A stretch of DNA of 64,000 nt. Source: an uncultured Acidobacteriota bacterium (GTDB taxonomy: Bacteria; Acidobacteriota; Thermoanaerobaculia; Multivoradales; SZUA-115). Shown one piece after another: positions 29,742-38,459 of the stretch. Location of the stretch: assembly GCA_963805975.1 (NCBI GenBank), contig CAWDVR010000003.1, positions 96,001 through 160,000 on the forward strand, given 5' to 3'. The notes beneath the pieces are model-generated. The model was given only the letters and a program-made list of their open reading frames with translations, made no database searches and was not told the DNA's origin. The translations under genes were made by a program, and so were the position numbers. Positions within the stretch are counted from its first letter, which is position 1; the number at the start of each line of letters is the position of its first letter.

Positions 29742-29962
29742 TGACCAGGTGGCAGCTAGCAGTTTAGACTCGGCGACTAACCCCTGTTGGAGCCGTTTGC
29801 CGGGAAGGAGGTGTCGCGCGAAATCTGGAGATCAGATAGTCTCGACAGCTCTCAAGACGGACAGTTTTCGAGAAATACCAGTTCGAAGTACCAGATCGCT
29901 CTTTCAGCCCCATCTGTTTGGGGCTATCAACCATCCTGATGGACTTAGGAGGTTTAATTCGC

Positions 29963-32875
29963 ATGGACAACGGTAACTTCTGGCGTAAAGCGCTCGTCTT
30001 CGCGGCGGTTCTGCTGCTGGGGACGGGTACGGCTTTCGCCCAGCTGCAGACCGGCAACCTGTACGGCAACACGACCGACAATCAGGGGCAGGCGCTTCCG
30101 GGCGTCACCGTCACCCTGAGCGGTATCGGCGCCACCCAGGTGCAGGTCACCAACGCCGAGGGTCAGTTCCGCTTCCTCGGCCTCTCTCCCGGAAGCTGGG
30201 CGATCAAGGCCGAGCTCGAGGGCTTCTCGACGGTCGACTATCCGAACATCTCGATCGGCGTCGGCCGCAACACCACCATCGAGGTCACCCTCACCCCGGC
30301 CCTCGAAGAGGTGATCACCGTCACCTCCGAGAGCCCGCTCCTCGACGAGCGCAAGGTCTCGACGGGCACCACGGTCACTCAGACCGAGCTCGAGAAGATC
30401 CCCACCGCTCGTGACCCCTGGGTCATCCTGCAGCAGACCCCGGGCGTGCTCATCGACCGCGTCAACGTCGGCGGCAACGAGAGCGGCCAGCAGTCCACCT
30501 ACATCAGCCCCGGCACCAGCTCCAACAACTCGGTGTGGGCGGTGGACGGCGTGGTGATCACCGACATGGGCGCCATCGGCTCTTCGCCCACGTACTACAA
30601 CTTCGACGCCTTCGAGGAAATGCAGGTCACGACCGGCGGCACCGACGTCTCGCTGGCCACCGGCGGCGTCACCATGAACATGGTGACCAAGCGCGGTACC
30701 AACGAGTGGCGCTTCTCCGGCCGCTACCTGATGACCGACAAGGACTGGCAGTCCGACACGGATGCCGACTCCTCCGACTTCCCGGCCAACCAGCCCACGT
30801 TCCGTTCCGGCAACCGCATCCAGTCGGTGGACGACTACGGCGCCGAGGTCGGCGGCCCGATCGTCAAGGATCGCCTGTGGATCTGGGGCACCTACGGCGT
30901 GCAGGAGATCGACCTCCGCACTCCGATCACCGCGCTGCGCCCGGACGGCGACAAGGACTTCACCGAGCTCGAGAGCTACGGCGTGAAGCTCAACGCCCAG
31001 GTGACCTCGAACAACTCGCTGACCGGCTTCTACCAGTTCGGCGACAAGATCAAGATCGGCCGCAACGCCAGCCCGTTCCGCCCCGGCCCCACGACTTGGG
31101 ACCAGAGCGGCGGCACCCCGATCTACAAGGTGGAAGACACCCACATCTTCAACTCGAACTTCTACCTCACCGGCATGTGGTCGCAGGTGGATGGCGGCTT
31201 CCAGCTCATCCCCCAGGGCGGCGGCATCGGTGACGCGAGCTTCCCGAACGTCTACCGCAACTTCGGTAGCGTCTGGCAGAACAGCTTCCAGGAGTACATT
31301 ACGGACCGTCCGCAGGAGCAGTTGAAGCTCGACGGCAACTACTTCTTCAACACCGGCGCGGCCAGCCACGAGCTGCGTTTCGGCGTTGGCAAGCGCGAGG
31401 CTGACGTCGACTCGCTGTCGACTTGGCCGGGCACCCAGCTCGTCGCTCTCCAAGACTCCGGCGGCTTCGCCTGGAGCGCCACGATCCGTGACGTGTCCGA
31501 CACGGTCGAGTACACCAGTGCCTACGTGCAGGACACGCTGACCTTCGGCAACTTCACCGCCAACGTCGGTCTGCGCTACGACCTCCAGGAAGGCACCAAC
31601 AACCCCGGCAGCATCCCGGCTGCTCCGGTCAACCGCGGCGTGCTGCTCGGTGGCACCTTCGCCGGCACCGACGCGCCGTTCGAGTGGTCGGACGTCACCC
31701 CGCGCCTGGGCTTGACCTATGCGCTCGGTGAGGACCGCTCCACGCTTCTGCGCCTCTCGTACTCCCAGTTCGCCGACCAGTTGAGCTCGAGCACGGTCTC
31801 CTTCAGCAATCCGACCAACTACCAGTACGGTTACTTCTATTGGACCGACACCGACGGCGACGGCCTGCTCGAGGAGTCGGAAGTTCCCGACCAGTTCGAC
31901 TTCACCGGTGGCGCCATCGATCCTTCGCGTCCCGGCGAGCTGGTGCTGCGCAACCTGACCGATTCGGGCCTCAAGGCGCCGACCACCGACGAGCTGGTGC
32001 TCAGCGTCGAGCATGCCCTGATGCCGGAATTCGTCATCAGCGCCAGCGCCACCGTGCGTAAGTACCAGGACATCCTGGAGTTCGAGCGCCGGGTGATCGT
32101 CGACGCGACCGGCGAGGTCCGCACCCACGTGCGGTCGGACTATGAGGGTGTGGCGCGCCCCATCCCCAACAACCTGCCGGATGGCAGCGACGCGGACTTC
32201 ATCCAGTACCGGCTGCGCCCAGGGATCACCTACTTCGGTGGTGACTTCCTCCACAACAGCGACCGCGAGCAGGACTACGTCGGTCTGACCCTGGGCTTCA
32301 ACAAGCGGCTCTCCAACCGCTGGCTGCTCCGTGGCCACTTCACCTGGACGGACTGGGAGTGGAACACGCCGGACAGCGAGCTCGAGAACCCGTCGGCTCT
32401 CGTCCCCGGCGGCCGTGACGGCGATCCGGTGATCACCAACGTCGGCAACGGCTCCGGCGCCAAGGGCAACGTGTACATCAACTCCGAGTGGGCGTACGAC
32501 ATCTCCGGCCTCTATCAAATCGCGCCGGATCGCCCGTGGGGCTTCAACGTGGCCGCCAACATCAACGGCCGCCAGGGCTACCCGGCCCTGTACCAGGCCA
32601 CCAACTCGGACTTCACCGCCAACCGCGTGTACCAGACCTATGACGACCTCGACCGCTTCCGTCTCGACGACGTCATGATCATCAACGGTCGGATCGAGAA
32701 AGAGCTCACCTTCAGCGACTTCGGGCTGACGCTCTCGGTCGACGGCTTCAACCTGTTCAACGAGGCGGTCGTCCTCCAGCGCAATGGCAACGTTCGCTCG
32801 GGGACGTACGACCACGTGCTGGAAGTCACCAGCCCGCGCATCTTCCGCATCGGCGCGCGCGTCAACTTCCGGTAA
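29963..32875 (+). CDS. Oar-like TonB-dependent receptor with N-terminal carboxypeptidase-regulatory-like domain
   Basis: AGGAGG RBS, signal peptide (AFAQ), LPGVTVTL, IPTARDPW, EEMQVTTGG, VTKRGTNEW, NVGLRYD, C-terminal PRIFRIGARVNFR. Confidence 0.95.
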   Translation: MDNGNFWRKALVFAAVLLLGTGTAFAQLQTGNLYGNTTDNQGQALPGVTVTLSGIGATQVQVTNAEGQFRFLGLSPGSWAIKAELEGFSTVDYPNISIGVGRNTTIEVTLTPALEEVITVTSESPLLDERKVSTGTTVTQTELEKIPTARDPWVILQQTPGVLIDRVNVGGNESGQQSTYISPGTSSNNSVWAVDGVVITDMGAIGSSPTYYNFDAFEEMQVTTGGTDVSLATGGVTMNMVTKRGTNEWRFSGRYLMTDKDWQSDTDADSSDFPANQPTFRSGNRIQSVDDYGAEVGGPIVKDRLWIWGTYGVQEIDLRTPITALRPDGDKDFTELESYGVKLNAQVTSNNSLTGFYQFGDKIKIGRNASPFRPGPTTWDQSGGTPIYKVEDTHIFNSNFYLTGMWSQVDGGFQLIPQGGGIGDASFPNVYRNFGSVWQNSFQEYITDRPQEQLKLDGNYFFNTGAASHELRFGVGKREADVDSLSTWPGTQLVALQDSGGFAWSATIRDVSDTVEYTSAYVQDTLTFGNFTANVGLRYDLQEGTNNPGSIPAAPVNRGVLLGGTFAGTDAPFEWSDVTPRLGLTYALGEDRSTLLRLSYSQFADQLSSSTVSFSNPTNYQYGYFYWTDTDGDGLLEESEVPDQFDFTGGAIDPSRPGELVLRNLTDSGLKAPTTDELVLSVEHALMPEFVISASATVRKYQDILEFERRVIVDATGEVRTHVRSDYEGVARPIPNNLPDGSDADFIQYRLRPGITYFGGDFLHNSDREQDYVGLTLGFNKRLSNRWLLRGHFTWTDWEWNTPDSELENPSALVPGGRDGDPVITNVGNGSGAKGNVYINSEWAYDISGLYQIAPDRPWGFNVAANINGRQGYPALYQATNSDFTANRVYQTYDDLDRFRLDDVMIINGRIEKELTFSDFGLTLSVDGFNLFNEAVVLQRNGNVRSGTYDHVLEVTSPRIFRIGARVNFR

Positions 32876-32902
32876 GCAGGTACAGTAGCTCTGCAGTCGA
32901 TG

Positions 32903-32938
32903 CCGCCGGGGCCGTGAGGCCCCGGCGGTTTTCTTTTT
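32903..32938 (+). terminator. Rho-independent terminator after the TBDR
   Basis: CCGCCGGGGCC-GTGA-GGCCCCGGCGG followed by TTTTCTTTTT. Confidence 0.9.
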
Positions 32939-32993
32939 GCCCGACACGCGCGGTAGACTTCCGGCGTCGGGGTTTCGACCCAGGAGAAAGCCA

Positions 32994-33968
32994 ATGCGCG
33001 CCAGACGATTTGCGATCCGGAGATCTGCGATATTGACCCTCAGCCTGCTGCTGCCGCTGATGGCGGCCTCGGTGCAGGCCCAGGACTGGGCGGGCCGGGG
33101 GCGGGCCCAGGGGCTGGTAACGACTGCCGACAAGAAGCCGGTCGAGGGAGCCAAGGTCACGCTGCGGCTCGACGGCGCCGGCCCGGCGCCGATCATGACC
33201 GACAAGAAGGGCCGCTGGTCCTTCCTGGGGTTGGCCACCGGCACCTGGACGGTCACCATCGAGAAGGAGACCTTCAACACCGCCGAGGGGCCGATCAAGA
33301 TCATCGCGGAATCCGTGGGGCCGGGCGAGATGGCCCGCACCACTCTCAACCCGGCCGCTGTTGCGCAGCAACAGCAGCCATCGGAGGCATCCAAGAAGGG
33401 GGCCGAGGTGCGGGCGGCTCTCGAGCGCGGCAATGCCAACCTCCTGGCGCAGAAATATGCCGAGGCGCGGGCCGAGTACGAGGCGGCGATGGCTCAGATC
33501 GAGGATCCCGCGTCGCATGTCCCGATCCTGCGCTCGATCGCCAGCTCCTACTTCGGCGAGGCCAAGCCGGACGAGGCGGTCGCCACCCTGGAGAAGGCTC
33601 TCGTCATCGCACCCGACGACCAGGAGTCGCTGCGCCTCATCACCACCGTGCTCATCAACTCCGGTAAGGAGGAGCAGGCCGCCGCGTACAAGGCGCGGAT
33701 CACGGGCGACTTCAAGGTCGACCCCTCGATCCTGCTCAACAAGGGCATCGAGCAGTACAACAAGGGCGACTACGAGAAGGCGATGCAGTACTTCGAGCAG
33801 GTCGTGGCCGAGAACCCCGGTTCAGCCGACGCCTACTACTACCGCGGCCTGACCTACCTGGCGACCGGCAAGACCGCCGAGGCCAAGGCCGACTTCACCA
33901 AGGTGCTCGAGATCGACCCGAATCACGCTCGGGCCGCCGACGTGAAGGAGTATTTGGCGAACCTTTGA
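32994..33968 (+). CDS. Exported carboxypeptidase-regulatory-like domain + TPR protein
   Basis: Signal peptide, GLVTTADKKPVEGAKVTL, TDKKGRWSFLGL, C-terminal TPRs (AYYYRGLTY). Confidence 0.88.
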   Translation: MRARRFAIRRSAILTLSLLLPLMAASVQAQDWAGRGRAQGLVTTADKKPVEGAKVTLRLDGAGPAPIMTDKKGRWSFLGLATGTWTVTIEKETFNTAEGPIKIIAESVGPGEMARTTLNPAAVAQQQQPSEASKKGAEVRAALERGNANLLAQKYAEARAEYEAAMAQIEDPASHVPILRSIASSYFGEAKPDEAVATLEKALVIAPDDQESLRLITTVLINSGKEEQAAAYKARITGDFKVDPSILLNKGIEQYNKGDYEKAMQYFEQVVAENPGSADAYYYRGLTYLATGKTAEAKADFTKVLEIDPNHARAADVKEYLANL

Positions 33969-33988
33969 GCTCCATCCCAGGTTCTGTC

Positions 33989-36160
33989 ATGGCTGGACGC
34001 AGAGAGAGCGGCGCGAGGCTCGCCGCCGCTCTCTTCCTGCTGCTCCTTCCCGGCTGCGGGCGGGAACGGACGACGGACTCCTTCCCGGGAGCGCCCATCG
34101 TCCTGATCTCGATCGACACCTTGCGGAGCGACCGGCTGCCGGCCTACGGCTACGCGGGCGTCGAGACCCCCGTCCTTTCCCGCCTGGCGCGCGAGTCCAT
34201 CCTCTTCGAGCATGCCTACAGCCACTACCCGCTCACGTTTCCCTCGCACAGCTCGATCCTGACCGGCCTGCTGCCGTCGGAGCACGGCGTGCGCGACAAC
34301 GTGGGCTATCCGCTCAAGTCCGACACGCTGCCCTACCTGCCGCGGGAGCTGAAGACGGCCGGTTACGCCACCGCGGGCGCGGTCTCGGCTTTCGTGCTCC
34401 AGGGCGATCTGGGGCTCGACCGATCGTTCGATCTCTACGACGACGCCATCGAGGTCCGGCCGGACGTGGGCCTCGGGGGCTTGCAACGGGCGGGCGGCGA
34501 AACCCTAGAGCGGGTGCTGCCGTGGCTCGCCGAGACCGCTTCCAAGCCGTTTTTCCTGTTCTTCCACATCTACGAGCCGCACACGCCCTACACCCCGCCC
34601 GAGCCCTACGCCTCGCGCTATCCGTCCCCCTATGACGGAGAGATCGCCGCCGCCGATGCGATCATCGGCCGGCTGGTGGCCGAACTCGAGCGCCTCGGGG
34701 TGTACGACCGCGCGATCATCGTCCTGCTGTCGGACCACGGTGAAGGCTTGGGCGAGCACGGCGAGGACGAGCACGGCCTGTTCCTCTATCGCGAGAGCCT
34801 CCAGGTGCCGCTCCTGCTCAAGCTTCCCGGCGGGGCCCGGGGCGGCGAGCGGGTGAAGGCACCGGCGCAGTTGATCGACGTGGCTCCGACCCTGCTCGGG
34901 CTGGTGGGCCGGCCGGTTCCGCCGAGCCTGCACGGCACCTCGCTCGTCACCCTCGGAGGAGGGCAGGGCGAGCGGCAGATCTATGCCGAGACCTACTACC
35001 CGCGGCTGCACATGGGTTGGAACGATCTCGCCTCGCTGATCGGCGGCGGTTACCACTACATCGAAGGCCCCGACCCCGAGCTCTACAACCTGGAGCGCGA
35101 TCCCCGAGAGAGCTCCAACGTGCTGGGGCAGGAGAGGCGGACCTTCGCCACTCTGCGCGACGCGCTGCGGGGCTTGAGGACCCCGCTCGCCAAGCCCGGA
35201 GAGGTGGACGCGGACACCGTGGCCAAGCTCTCGGCGCTGGGCTACGCCGGTGCTCCGGCGCGGGTGACCGAGGGGCCGCTGCCCGATCCCAAAGCGCGGA
35301 TCCATACCCTGGAAGATTTCAAGAAGGCCTCCTTCCTGATGAGCCGCAAGGACTTCCTCGGGGCTCTCCCCAAGCTCCAGAAGCTGGTCGCCGACAACCC
35401 TCACATGCAGGACGGGTGGGAGAAGCTGGCCCTCTGCTTCCAGCGCCTGGGCCGGCGCACGGACGCCGTCGCCGCCTACCAGCGGGCGCTCGAGAACTCC
35501 GGCGGCGCGGCCCACGTCGCCCTGTCGCTCGCCACGCTGCTCTCGGACCTGGGGCGCTGGCCGGAGGCTCGGGCCCACGCCGAGCTGGCGCTCGCGGCCT
35601 CACCGGCGGTCGCCCATCAGAAGCTGGCGGAGATCGCCCTGGCTGCCGAGGACTATGCGGAGGCCGAGCGGCAGGCGAGGGCGGCGGTCGAAGCCGACGC
35701 GGACCGGCCGCCAGCCTTGATCTCGCTGGCCCAGGTTCTTAACCGGGTGGGCAAGCTCGAAGAGAGCGCCTCCACCGTGGCGCGGCTCGAGCAACTGACC
35801 GCCCGCGCGCACGCCACGCCGCCGCAGGGCTACTTCCTGGTGCGTGGAGACCTGCTCGCCCGCCAGGGCCGCGCCGCCGAGGCCGAGGCAGCCTTCCGCG
35901 AGGAGATGCAGCGCCACCCGGAGAGCCTGGAGACCTACTCGCGGCTGGCCGTCCTGCAGGTGACCCAGGGCCAAGCGGCGGCCGCCTGGCGCACGCTGCA
36001 GCAGATGGTCGAGAGCAACGACAGCTCGCCGGCGGCCTACGTATCCGCGGTCGAGACGCTGCGCGTGCTGGGCGACCGGCCGACCGCCGACCGGCTGCTC
36101 GGCCACGCGCGCTCCCGCTATCCGCAGGACGAGCGGCTGGCGGCTCTGACCCGGGGCTAG
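33989..36160 (+). CDS. Sulfatase-like hydrolase/transferase lipoprotein with C-terminal TPRs
   Basis: Lipobox LPGC, ISIDTLRSD, PLTFPSHSSILTG, EPHTPY, YDGEI, SDHGE, ELYNLERDPRE, then TPRs. Confidence 0.9.
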   Translation: MAGRRESGARLAAALFLLLLPGCGRERTTDSFPGAPIVLISIDTLRSDRLPAYGYAGVETPVLSRLARESILFEHAYSHYPLTFPSHSSILTGLLPSEHGVRDNVGYPLKSDTLPYLPRELKTAGYATAGAVSAFVLQGDLGLDRSFDLYDDAIEVRPDVGLGGLQRAGGETLERVLPWLAETASKPFFLFFHIYEPHTPYTPPEPYASRYPSPYDGEIAAADAIIGRLVAELERLGVYDRAIIVLLSDHGEGLGEHGEDEHGLFLYRESLQVPLLLKLPGGARGGERVKAPAQLIDVAPTLLGLVGRPVPPSLHGTSLVTLGGGQGERQIYAETYYPRLHMGWNDLASLIGGGYHYIEGPDPELYNLERDPRESSNVLGQERRTFATLRDALRGLRTPLAKPGEVDADTVAKLSALGYAGAPARVTEGPLPDPKARIHTLEDFKKASFLMSRKDFLGALPKLQKLVADNPHMQDGWEKLALCFQRLGRRTDAVAAYQRALENSGGAAHVALSLATLLSDLGRWPEARAHAELALAASPAVAHQKLAEIALAAEDYAEAERQARAAVEADADRPPALISLAQVLNRVGKLEESASTVARLEQLTARAHATPPQGYFLVRGDLLARQGRAAEAEAAFREEMQRHPESLETYSRLAVLQVTQGQAAAAWRTLQQMVESNDSSPAAYVSAVETLRVLGDRPTADRLLGHARSRYPQDERLAALTRG

Positions 36161-36232
36161 GAACCCGCGACCGCAAACCCTCGCCCAGTTCCGCCGTATC
36201 CGCTTCACGGACCCAAGGAACTGGAGAAGCTC

Positions 36233-37597
36233 ATGCGAAATGGAACACGGCGGTGGCTGCAGGTACTGGCGGTGGCCGGGTTGGCGGGCTGGGTGGCGAC
36301 CACCGCTGGCGCGGTTCCCCAGAGTGAAGCGCCCGCGGGCGCCGGTGCGACGGCCAGCTCGGTGCCACCGTCGGCGGAAGCCGGCTTCGATCCCGTGGCC
36401 GCTACCGAGGCCTACCTCGATCGCCTCACCCCCGAGCAGAAGGAGCGCTCGGACTCTTACTTCGAGGGCGGCTATTGGTTGCAGCTCTGGGGGTTCCTCT
36501 ACGGCCTCGGGGTCGCCTGGCTGCTCCTCGACCGGCGTTGGTCGGCGGCCATGCGCTCGCTCGGTGAGCGCATCACGCGGTTCCAGTGGCTGCGGAACTT
36601 CCTCTACGCCGTGCAGTACCTGGCCGTCACGTTCGTGCTCGGCTTCCCGCTGAGCCTCTACGTGAGCTTTTTCCGCGAGCACCAGTACGGCATGTCGAAC
36701 CAGACCTTCGCTGCCTGGATGGCCGACCAGGGCAAGGAACTGGCCGTGGGCCTGGTGCTGGGGAGCCTCGCCATCGTGGGCCTCTACGCGGTGCTCAAGC
36801 GGGCGCCTCGCACCTGGTGGATCTGGGGCACCGTGGTGTCGCTCGTCTTCCTGATGATCGGCGCCCTGATCGCGCCCGTCTTCATCAACCCGATCTTCAA
36901 CGACTACACGCGGCTCGAGGACCCGGTCGTCCGCGGGCCGATCCTCTCTCTGGCGCGCGCGAACGGCGTGCCGGCGACCGACGTCTGGGTGTCGGACGCC
37001 TCGCGCCAGACCACGCGCATCAGCGCCAACGTCAGCGGCTTTCTCGGCACCGAGCGGATCACGCTCAACGACAACCTGCTCTCCCGCACCTCGCAGGCCG
37101 AGATCGAGGCGGTGATGGGCCACGAGATCGGCCACTACGCGCTCAACCACGTCTACGAGATGATCTTCGAGCTCGGCATCGTGATCGCGCTCGGCTTCGG
37201 CTTCCTCTACTTCGCCTTCGAGCGCGCGCGCCGGCGCTGGGGTAGCGGCTGGGGCATCAGCGGCATCGCCGACGTGGCCGGCCTTCCCCTGCTGGCGGCG
37301 CTGTTCTCGGTGTTCTTCTTCGTCTTGACGCCGGTGACCAACACCATCATCCGTGTCAACGAGGTGGAAGCCGACATCTTCGGCCTCAACTCCGCTCGCC
37401 AGCCGGACGGTTTCGCGGAGGTGGCGCTCAAGCTCGGCGAGTACCGCAAGCTCTCGCCCGGGCCGATCGAAGAGTTCATCTTCTTCGATCACCCGAGCGG
37501 CAGGAACCGCATCCTGATGGCGATGCGGTGGAAGGCGGAGCACCTGACGGGCGGCGCCGCCGAGCCGAGGAGTGGACTCCCGCTTTCGCGGGAGTGA
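36233..37597 (+). CDS. M48 (Ste24/HtpX-like) membrane zinc metallopeptidase
   Basis: EIEAVMGHEIGH, NEVEADIFG, FFDHPS and multiple TMs. Confidence 0.92.
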   Translation: MRNGTRRWLQVLAVAGLAGWVATTAGAVPQSEAPAGAGATASSVPPSAEAGFDPVAATEAYLDRLTPEQKERSDSYFEGGYWLQLWGFLYGLGVAWLLLDRRWSAAMRSLGERITRFQWLRNFLYAVQYLAVTFVLGFPLSLYVSFFREHQYGMSNQTFAAWMADQGKELAVGLVLGSLAIVGLYAVLKRAPRTWWIWGTVVSLVFLMIGALIAPVFINPIFNDYTRLEDPVVRGPILSLARANGVPATDVWVSDASRQTTRISANVSGFLGTERITLNDNLLSRTSQAEIEAVMGHEIGHYALNHVYEMIFELGIVIALGFGFLYFAFERARRRWGSGWGISGIADVAGLPLLAALFSVFFFVLTPVTNTIIRVNEVEADIFGLNSARQPDGFAEVALKLGEYRKLSPGPIEEFIFFDHPSGRNRILMAMRWKAEHLTGGAAEPRSGLPLSRE

Positions 37598-37642
37598 CGG
37601 CGACAGGGCATCGAACGTCATTCCCGCGAAAGCGGGAATCCA
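37573..37642. repeat. Inverted doublet of 27-bp CGTC-type REP palindromes (REPIN-like)
   Basis: TGGACTCCCGCTTTCGCGGGAGTGACG (37573-37599) and CGTCATTCCCGCGAAAGCGGGAATCCA (37616-37642), with a 16-bp spacer. Confidence 0.85.
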
Positions 37643-37676
37643 TCCGGTTTTGACACCGCTCGAGATACCCACGGAC

Positions 37677-37700
37677 GCGGGGGAGAGGACCGGGTGAGGG
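37677..37700 (-). repeat. Partial copy of the CCCTCACCC...CCTCTCCC repeat
   Basis: Minus strand CCCTCACCCGGTCCTCTCCCCCGC resembles 10122-10145. Confidence 0.55.
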
Positions 37701-37716
37701 TGCTAGGCTCCGCGGC

Positions 37717-38451
37717 ATGGCTCGCAGCTTCGCTGTCCTGGTCTCGGTCCTGCTCCTCGCCTGGCCCGCGGTGGCGGCCGCGCCGTCGCCGGACGCCATC
37801 GCGCTGCTCCTCGAAGCGGTGAAGGTGGACGCCGCGTTCCATGGCCGGCAAGCCGGGCGCGACGAGCTGTCCCCCGGTGTGCTGGCGGCGCTCGCCGAGG
37901 TGCCGCGGCACGAGTTCGTGCCCGTGGCGGCGGCGGGCCTGGCCTGGGAGAACCGGCCGGCGGCGCTGGGCAACGGGCGCACGCTGCCGCCACCCTACTT
38001 CTCCGCCCTGATGGCCGAGATGCTCGACATCGGTCCCGGCGAGCGGGTGCTCGAGATCGGCACCGGCTCGGGCTACCAGGCGGCGATCTTGGCGCGGCTG
38101 GCCGGCCGGGTGCGTACCGTCGAGCCGGTGGGAGCGCTCGCTCGGCAGGCCTCCGCGCGGCTGGCACGCCTCGGCTTCCCCGGCGTCGAGGTGCGGCACG
38201 GCGAAGGCCTCGCCGGCTGGCCGGAGGAAGCGCCGTTCGACGGCATCGTCGTCACCTTGGCCGTTGCCGAGATCCCGCCGGCGCTCCTCGCCCAGCTCGC
38301 GCCGGGCGGCACGATGCTCGTGCCGCTCACCCACGGCGGCTCGACACCGTATCTGACGCTGGTGCACAAGAACGAGAAGGGCAAGCTCAAGCCCAAGCCG
38401 CGGCCCCTGGTGGCCCTGGCCGTCGAAGCGCTACCGCCTTTTGCCGAGTGA
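37717..38451 (+). CDS. pcm: Protein-L-isoaspartate O-methyltransferase-like protein
   Basis: VPRHEFVP, VLEIGTGSGYQAAILA, GWPEEAPFDGIVVT, QLAPGG. Confidence 0.85.
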   Translation: MARSFAVLVSVLLLAWPAVAAAPSPDAIALLLEAVKVDAAFHGRQAGRDELSPGVLAALAEVPRHEFVPVAAAGLAWENRPAALGNGRTLPPPYFSALMAEMLDIGPGERVLEIGTGSGYQAAILARLAGRVRTVEPVGALARQASARLARLGFPGVEVRHGEGLAGWPEEAPFDGIVVTLAVAEIPPALLAQLAPGGTMLVPLTHGGSTPYLTLVHKNEKGKLKPKPRPLVALAVEALPPFAE

Positions 38452-38459
38452 AGGCCGGC

